Below are positions 58,411 through 64,000 of a DNA stretch of 64,000 bases, piece by piece. Both the position numbers and the translations under genes were made by a program. The notes under the pieces are model-generated. The model saw only the letters and a program-made list of their open reading frames with translations, was not told the DNA's origin and did no database searches. Origin of the DNA: an uncultured virus (IMG/VR IMGVR_UViG_3300002072_000002) (Duplodnaviria > Heunggongvirae > Uroviricota > Caudoviricetes); IMG/VR virus record IMGVR_UViG_3300002072_000002; one strand, written 5' to 3'. The number at the start of each line of letters is the position of its first letter. The stretch's first letter is position 1.

Positions 58411-59016
58411 ATGAATAGCGCCAAGGGGCCGGAGGTAATACGGATACTGGGACTGGACCCAGGCGAGGCGACTGGCTTCTGCCTGCTCGACTTCGCGCAG
58501 GATCGCGTCGCCGTCATTGACTACGGGACCATCCCTATCCTTGGTGATGGGCGCAAGGGGATGGTCCAGAGTACCGTCGCTTGGCTTCAGCGAGCGATCG
58601 ACGCTGACCCCGAGCCGATCATTGTTCTATCCGAGATTGTCCAGATGCCAGGCCGACCGACCTCACACAAGGCGGTTGAGGTCCAGGGCGTTTGCCGACT
58701 CTTCGCCGAGACGGGTTACAATCCCGCGTCCACCCATTCGGTGCTCGGCACAAAGAAGAAGAAGGACGCTCGCGAGTTCGCGCAGGCTGCGCTCGGACTC
58801 AAACTCCCAGGGGCAAGCGATCATGTTTACGACGCCGCGGCGGTTGCGATGGCCCATGCGATCAAGATGGGGTTGTGGTATCCGAGGAACTGCGGCGCAT
58901 TGCCCATGTTGCCGCCGAGGAAGATCAAGGCCAGTGATCTGGTCAAGGATAACCTGAGCAACGCTGACGTTGCGGAACTACTACGGACAGGAAAGGCGAG
59001 AGTGGGGACGAAATGA
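58411..59016 (+). CDS. RuvC-like resolvase/nuclease
   Basis: ILGLDPGEATG and DHVYDAAAVA motifs. Confidence 0.8.
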   Translation: MNSAKGPEVIRILGLDPGEATGFCLLDFAQDRVAVIDYGTIPILGDGRKGMVQSTVAWLQRAIDADPEPIIVLSEIVQMPGRPTSHKAVEVQGVCRLFAETGYNPASTHSVLGTKKKKDAREFAQAALGLKLPGASDHVYDAAAVAMAHAIKMGLWYPRNCGALPMLPPRKIKASDLVKDNLSNADVAELLRTGKARVGTK

Positions 59017-59224
59017 AGTTTTGGCAATGGCTTACAACGGACATTGGCATGGCAATCGCGTCGGGATTCGGGGCCATGGTCGGCATTGGCGCCAGTTATA
59101 TATGTTTCCGGTGGGGATCGCCATGGGTCGCGGGGCTGAACCTGATATGGGTTCCCTTGAACTGCTCGAATCTATTCCTCGCGCTGCGGCGCATCCGCCG
59201 AGGTAGAAAGGCGAGAGTCGTTTG

Positions 59225-59524
59225 ATGAACACCACAACCGTCACTAAACACGTTGGCCCAATGAAGGCAGTGCGCATTCATTGCCTCTACTGTTGCCTCG
59301 AACAGGCGGTCGAGGTCCGCGAATGCGGAGCGACCGAATGCCCATCCTGTCGGTTTCGGCTCAACAAGAAACCGGCGGGCATCTCAAGTCTCAAAACTAT
59401 CCGGGCACAATGCATGGACTGCTGCGGAAACAATGATGCAGAGGTGCGGCGATGCGAGGAAACGGACTGCTCGCTTTATTGCTATCGGATGGGCCACAAT
59501 CCGAGCCTTACGGGAAAGGGATAG
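59225..59524 (+). CDS. Tandem Cys-rich repeat protein
   Basis: Two copies of K(A/T)(V/I)RxxCxxCC...EVRxCxxTxC. Confidence 0.65.
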   Translation: MNTTTVTKHVGPMKAVRIHCLYCCLEQAVEVRECGATECPSCRFRLNKKPAGISSLKTIRAQCMDCCGNNDAEVRRCEETDCSLYCYRMGHNPSLTGKG

Positions 59525-59785
59525 CGCGATCCCATTCTTCGGCTCTCGTGCCGTTGCACGGCGCGATTCCGCGACGCTGCCCCCAGAAACGGCTCAGAAT
59601 ACCTCCGGCTAAACGGAACTGCCAGGATTGGCAGNGGTGGATGGATTCAACCATTCATCGACCATCCAAATCGGCATGCCGAAAAGTTCGCACAGCAAGC
59701 CGAAATGACCGCCGCGCCAATGACAGCCCTGGCATTTGGGAAACATCGTCCAGCCGGTCGGAGGGTTGGTCATGATAACCATGCC

Positions 59786-60262
59786 TTAATCCATTGGATC
59801 GGTCAGAACATAACAGGCGGTGATACCCTTGGCCAGCACAGGCGTATGCCAGAGTCGCCGGCAGACACCGCGGCCACCACAGCACTCGATGGTCCGCCCA
59901 TTGAGAATCAACACCACGTGGCCAGGCTTCTTGCCCTTCTTCGGGATGAACGCCATGCGTAATCGGAAGTCCGTCAGTGCCGCAGTATCTTTGTAGGAGG
60001 TTGCCTTGAAGCCTTGCTTCTTGCACCACTCCCCTTGAGTCCAAGACCCGTCTGGCACGTCGACATGTTCGCTTGCGGAAAGCGGCAGCAACCAACGGAG
60101 GTATCCCGAGCAGTCGGAAGTCTTGATCTTCGCCGCGTCAATTCCGGCGTGTGGCTTGCTCCCATAAAGGTAGGCGACGCGGCCCTCGGTCTGCTTTACC
60201 AGAGCCAGGAGCCGCGCCATGTTTATCGCGATGATGTTGAAGCCCGTTGTCGGCGATCTCAT
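59786..60262 (-). CDS. Endolysin, NlpC/P60-like peptidase
   Basis: YLYG, SDCSGY, GHV and TIEC motifs. Confidence 0.75.
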   Translation of the reverse strand: MRSPTTGFNIIAINMARLLALVKQTEGRVAYLYGSKPHAGIDAAKIKTSDCSGYLRWLLPLSASEHVDVPDGSWTQGEWCKKQGFKATSYKDTAALTDFRLRMAFIPKKGKKPGHVVLILNGRTIECCGGRGVCRRLWHTPVLAKGITACYVLTDPMD

Positions 60263-60272
60263 CTATGCACCC

Positions 60273-60650
60273 TCAGAACTTTAGTTGAACAGCGGTGACA
60301 GTCCACGACCAGCCCCAGTCGCCGGGGAGATATGCAACTCCGAGCCCCAACCCGATAATTCCATTCCCGATCGTGACGCTCCCGCCTATGCCGAACTTCG
60401 CCTTGCCGTCCTGCGGGACCGCAACGAGATCCACGCCGGCGGCGAGCGTCCGGTCGCCGGACAACTGTTTACTCCAAAGGTCAACGCCGAGCTTGCCGAT
60501 AAGCCCGTCCGCACTACCCTTGAATGAGTGAGCGTAACAGACCGTAAACGAGCCGGTGTCGGCGAGTAAGTTCGTCTGGGCGATCGCCGGCTGGCCGAGT
60601 GCTGCCAAACACAACACGACGATGAGTAGGATACTGGATAGGGTTTTCAA
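60273..60650 (-). CDS. Secreted, putative small outer-membrane beta-barrel protein
   Basis: Signal peptide (..PAIA|Q), alternating beta strands and C-terminal ...VQLKF. Confidence 0.55.
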   Translation of the reverse strand: MKTLSSILLIVVLCLAALGQPAIAQTNLLADTGSFTVCYAHSFKGSADGLIGKLGVDLWSKQLSGDRTLAAGVDLVAVPQDGKAKFGIGGSVTIGNGIIGLGLGVAYLPGDWGWSWTVTAVQLKF

Positions 60651-60651
60651 T

Positions 60652-60990
60652 TCATGACTCCTTGCTTCTGACGATCGCAGTCGCAGTAGACTGCATACCG
60701 AGTGCGGTCCACGTCGCCATGACCGACACGCCGACCATCTCCATGGCGATGGCGGCGCTCATCAGTCCGTGGCTGTACCAGCCGACTGCCTCGGCGATGA
60801 TAAGTGATGCTACAAACGCGGCCACAACCGTAGCCGTGCCGGTCAATGGCTTTCCGATCTTTGTGGCAGCCGCCTTGATGGCCGGCACACCGATCAGCTT
60901 CAGAAAAGCCGCGAGCCCCGCGACCGTCCCCAATGCGAGGAAGTCGGGATGCTGCATGAACTTCATAAACTCAAGTATAAACTCTGGCAT
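60652..60990 (-). CDS. Holin-like membrane protein
   Basis: Three hydrophobic segments, near the endolysin. Confidence 0.6.
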   Translation of the reverse strand: MPEFILEFMKFMQHPDFLALGTVAGLAAFLKLIGVPAIKAAATKIGKPLTGTATVVAAFVASLIIAEAVGWYSHGLMSAAIAMEMVGVSVMATWTALGMQSTATAIVRSKES

Positions 60991-61005
60991 GGTAACTCCT
61001 TTCTA

Positions 61006-61416
61006 CTATATTGCTGGATGGTTTGCCAGTTCCGTTCGCACGTGCTCTACCTCTGCCGCCACTTGCCGGTTTTCCAGTGCCAGCGTCACGGCTGAGGATT
61101 CGAGTATGTCGAGTATCTTGTTATTACTCTCTACCAGGTCTTTGTGCGCGACAGATAAGGTTTTGAGCGACTGCGCTATACCTTTCAGCGGCAGGGTCGC
61201 GAGCACATCAATCTTGCCTTGCAGCAAGGCGGATGCCTGCACGACCGCCGTATAGCGTTCGGTCTGCACCCTGTACTGTTCTCTCAGGGCCTCGTTTTGC
61301 TCACGTAGGAGATTGTTGGTTTCCTTGAGCGACTTCAGCCAGCCGCCGGACACCGCGCCCGCCACGAGCGAGATCGCCCCTACTATGGAGAGTATAAGTG
61401 CTACTGTGTCGTTCAT
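61006..61416 (-). CDS. Membrane-anchored coiled-coil lysis-region protein
   Basis: N-terminal TM helix plus coiled coil. Confidence 0.55.
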   Translation of the reverse strand: MNDTVALILSIVGAISLVAGAVSGGWLKSLKETNNLLREQNEALREQYRVQTERYTAVVQASALLQGKIDVLATLPLKGIAQSLKTLSVAHKDLVESNNKILDILESSAVTLALENRQVAAEVEHVRTELANHPAI

Positions 61417-61615
61417 CCAATACTCCTTGTGCAGTCAGATCGTAGCAGGCAGGCTTTAACCCGCCAATGCAGAATAAGACGCGGCAAGCGTGGATTCCTC
61501 CTTCTTGTGCGTGAGAGGGAACCGCGGAAGGTCTGGCCCTGGGCAAGGCAAGGGGCCGGGCTAACCCCACAGACCTTCCACGGTCGGGATCTCCCGGTCT
61601 GCCGACCGGAAGCTG

Positions 61616-64000
61616 TTACGCTTCATCACAGCACGTCAATGCGGGCTTGCCGCTTGGCGTTATCACGATCTTGCCGGTTGTCGAGCAGTAGCGCAGGTGC
61701 AGGCCCTCGGTGCAGTTCGAGTTGAGCCGCGCCACTCGCGTATAGAACCGACTTCGTAGGTCAACACATGTCGGCCCACTCGGGTAGAGCGATGTTATCG
61801 CCGCCTGCCCTTTCGTATTCACCGCCTCGAAGATGAAGTCTCCGAGATCGTCTGCATATACCGGCAAGCCGCCGTCCTCGCCAGCCGACCCGCCGCGTAG
61901 ATCCTCAGTGACGACCCCGCTAGCGTCCGGAACAAACACCCCACCATCTTCTTTCCACGCCACTCCATAAACCTGCCCCCGAAACCGCTTGTATGAACCT
62001 GTCGGCAGGAGTCCGCATCCTGGCACGATGTTGAAGTAGCGCGGCATGATGCTGAGCCCGACCGTTATCACGTCGTCAACCGGCTCGTAGACCCCGCCGC
62101 GCAGGAACGCGATCAGACAATGCTCGCCAACGAGGTCTGTTCCGAACGTTCCAGGAGTGATAGTCACCGCGCCGTTCACGTCGTACTTCGTGGCGTCCGG
62201 GTCGCCGTCTGTGAGAGTGTAGTCATCAAGCGGATAGCCCAACCCTAAGCCTGCGAACCGACTCAGCCTCCAGTAGTGGTAGTCGTAGTACGGATTCGCG
62301 GTGTGGCTTGGGTCGATATACAGATCGTCGTTGACCTCGACAACGTAGCCCGCCATCAGCTCCCACACCACTGCCCCATCAATCACGAGGAAGCCCTTCC
62401 GAATGGCGGACACCTTGTCAACCCGCTCGGAGTCCACGTATATCTCCCCGCTGTCGTGCCAAGCGAAGTCAGTCATTTCGCAGGAGTCGTTCCACGGCCC
62501 GGATGGAGGCACGACATAGAACTTGGCGAACCCGCCTTCGAGCGCGGTCTTGCGGTAGAGGTAGACAGACTCGAAATCGTATGTGCAGTCAGGGGTAGGG
62601 CAGTCGATCTTAACGCTCTTGACGCGGCCCACGCCCCAACCGGCGTCCATCTCCCAATCGTAACTCGCGTCTGCGAGCCGAACCCCGCCCGCGCCCGAAC
62701 GGTCAAGCGGCAATTCCTTCTCTATGAGGCTCTGCTGCAACCCGTCCCCGCCGGTCGTGGCGTCGGGCTTGCACAGGTCGATAAGCGTTGTCTGCGGCCC
62801 CGTGCCTACTGCCGTGAGGTTCCACGAATGCTTGCCCAAGTGCAGGACAGCAATGGCGCCATTGACACTCGCCTGCCAGCAGACCTTAGCGAAGCGCGTT
62901 CCGGTCATGCGTATGTTGGTATCAAGAGTCGCAGTATCCTCTATCTTCGCGTTCGTTATCCCTGCCGCCACTACGACGTGTCGCTTGCCAGATACCACGG
63001 AGGATGTGCAGGCGGTGTCTGCCCACGTGATCGCCGCATTCGTGAACACAAGCGGGGTCGCTACCAGACCCGGCGCGTGGAGCGTCAACGTCAACGCTTC
63101 CTCGTGATCAAGCCTCTCATCGCCGGCCACGAGCGGGATGTTATCATAATGCTCCAAGCCGGCAGAGGGGAATGCCGCCCACGCAGGCTCTTTGAGCGTC
63201 CCATCCAGCACTCCGGGCATAGACAGATCGCCGTGCGCGAGATATTCCCCCGCCCACGGCCCAACGTCCTCATAGTGCTCGTCAGGTTCATATCCGCCGT
63301 AGAGGTATCCCCAGAGCGAGCCGCCCATAGTCGGCTGCGGGTGAAAGTCGATCTTGCCGGTATACGCAATCGAGCATTCGGTNGTCATCAGCAGTTCGGC
63401 GCCGTAAGGCCACTCAACCAGGCTATTGTAGTAGTTATAGCGGAAGCCACTCGGCGGCGTCCAAGGCCCAATCACGGGATCGCATTCCTCGAACGGGGTA
63501 TCCGTGAACGCCGAATGCCGTTCGTGTGTCTGCAAGTCAACAGGCGAGCGGTCTACCTCGTCCATGTTTTTGATATCTTGGGCATAGCTTATCGGGTAAG
63601 GTCCAATGGAATCCACGAACGAACAGCCGAACTGCGCGTTGTAGCCGCTTGGCCCAGCCGTAGGCCAATACCCCATTGCCAGACCTCCCGCTATCNAAAA
63701 CGTGCCGTTGCCCATCTNGAAAGAAACTTCACCTGCGGTAGAACCTACACTATCCTCCCAATGACCCCACATCGAACCCTCTCCAGACTCTTGGCCTTCT
63801 ACGCCTACTATCCACGTCGAGCCCAACACTATATCATCAAGCGGGTAGCTCTGTGTATATGCGCGGCTCTGCGAACAAACATTGTTGGGAGATCGGGTGT
63901 AGACTCCATCCGTTACGGCCTCGAAGCCAGGACTATTCCATAGTGTACCCAAGCACCGCATATCGACGGAGATGCTTTCGCTGGTATCGCCATCCGCACC
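61616..64000 (-). CDS. Tail/baseplate protein, 5'-truncated by the window edge
   Basis: >780 aa, G/S/T/Y/W-rich; upstream of the lysis cassette, same strand as TMP. Confidence 0.6.
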   Translation of the reverse strand, partial: GADGDTSESISVDMRCLGTLWNSPGFEAVTDGVYTRSPNNVCSQSRAYTQSYPLDDIVLGSTWIVGVEGQESGEGSMWGHWEDSVGSTAGEVSFXMGNGTFXIAGGLAMGYWPTAGPSGYNAQFGCSFVDSIGPYPISYAQDIKNMDEVDRSPVDLQTHERHSAFTDTPFEECDPVIGPWTPPSGFRYNYYNSLVEWPYGAELLMXTECSIAYTGKIDFHPQPTMGGSLWGYLYGGYEPDEHYEDVGPWAGEYLAHGDLSMPGVLDGTLKEPAWAAFPSAGLEHYDNIPLVAGDERLDHEEALTLTLHAPGLVATPLVFTNAAITWADTACTSSVVSGKRHVVVAAGITNAKIEDTATLDTNIRMTGTRFAKVCWQASVNGAIAVLHLGKHSWNLTAVGTGPQTTLIDLCKPDATTGGDGLQQSLIEKELPLDRSGAGGVRLADASYDWEMDAGWGVGRVKSVKIDCPTPDCTYDFESVYLYRKTALEGGFAKFYVVPPSGPWNDSCEMTDFAWHDSGEIYVDSERVDKVSAIRKGFLVIDGAVVWELMAGYVVEVNDDLYIDPSHTANPYYDYHYWRLSRFAGLGLGYPLDDYTLTDGDPDATKYDVNGAVTITPGTFGTDLVGEHCLIAFLRGGVYEPVDDVITVGLSIMPRYFNIVPGCGLLPTGSYKRFRGQVYGVAWKEDGGVFVPDASGVVTEDLRGGSAGEDGGLPVYADDLGDFIFEAVNTKGQAAITSLYPSGPTCVDLRSRFYTRVARLNSNCTEGLHLRYCSTTGKIVITPSGKPALTCCDEA

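Noticed and set aside
2898..63718. About 60 N bases, almost all after C or before G (many CCNGG-like), as a possible modified-base signature
   Set aside because: Several Ns that conserved motifs let me resolve (DPPY, GRYP, DNPF, PDG) complete C/G homopolymer runs. This points to consensus or frameshift-repair artefacts, although methylation-linked miscalls cannot be fully excluded.
1..64000. Alternative genetic code, DGR/retron, CRISPR-Cas, att site or host genes
   Set aside because: TAA, TAG and TGA all end clear genes. No reverse transcriptase, cas gene or prophage boundary was seen.

Overview
This window is most of a ~58% GC tailed dsDNA phage genome, circularly permuted inside the tail module. 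The tape-measure gene sits at the window start and a downstream tail gene is truncated at the window end, both on the minus strand. The layout is as follows. (1) 1-22.3 kb, minus strand: late operon with terS/terL, a T4 gp20-like portal, a protease-scaffold-gp23-like capsid polyprotein, a four-gene glycosylation cassette (GT4, heptose-type GHMP kinase, GT2-GT4-MTase fusion, MTase), head/neck genes, and a siphovirus-type tail tube, frameshifted chaperone and TMP. (2) 22.5-28.1 kb, minus strand: DNA-modification genes plus a transposase-less TnpB. (3) 28.2-34.9 kb, plus strand: RusA, a two-subunit overprinted C5 MTase, an N-MTase and a Prim-Pol/D5 primase-helicase. (4) A ~1.4 kb non-coding, iteron-rich region with a strand-skew switch (probable origin or genome end). 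(5) 36.3-59.5 kb, plus strand: early/middle genes, including a fused beta-clamp, tyrosine recombinase, SMC-like ATPase, exonuclease, Sak4, radical SAM and RuvC. (6) Lysis genes and a tail gene on the minus strand. The most striking unexplained signals are ~41 same-strand GTTAG motifs saturating the early region, a shared N-terminal module on both virion-cluster glycosyltransferases, an apparent Gln-based prohead-protease cleavage code, an array of structured RNAs ending in a tRNA-like RNA, and a TnpB wired into a four-promoter phage regulon. All functional calls come from by-eye motif recognition; no database searches were run. About 60 N bases, several at homopolymer runs, point to an error-prone consensus, so isolated frameshifts are treated cautiously.
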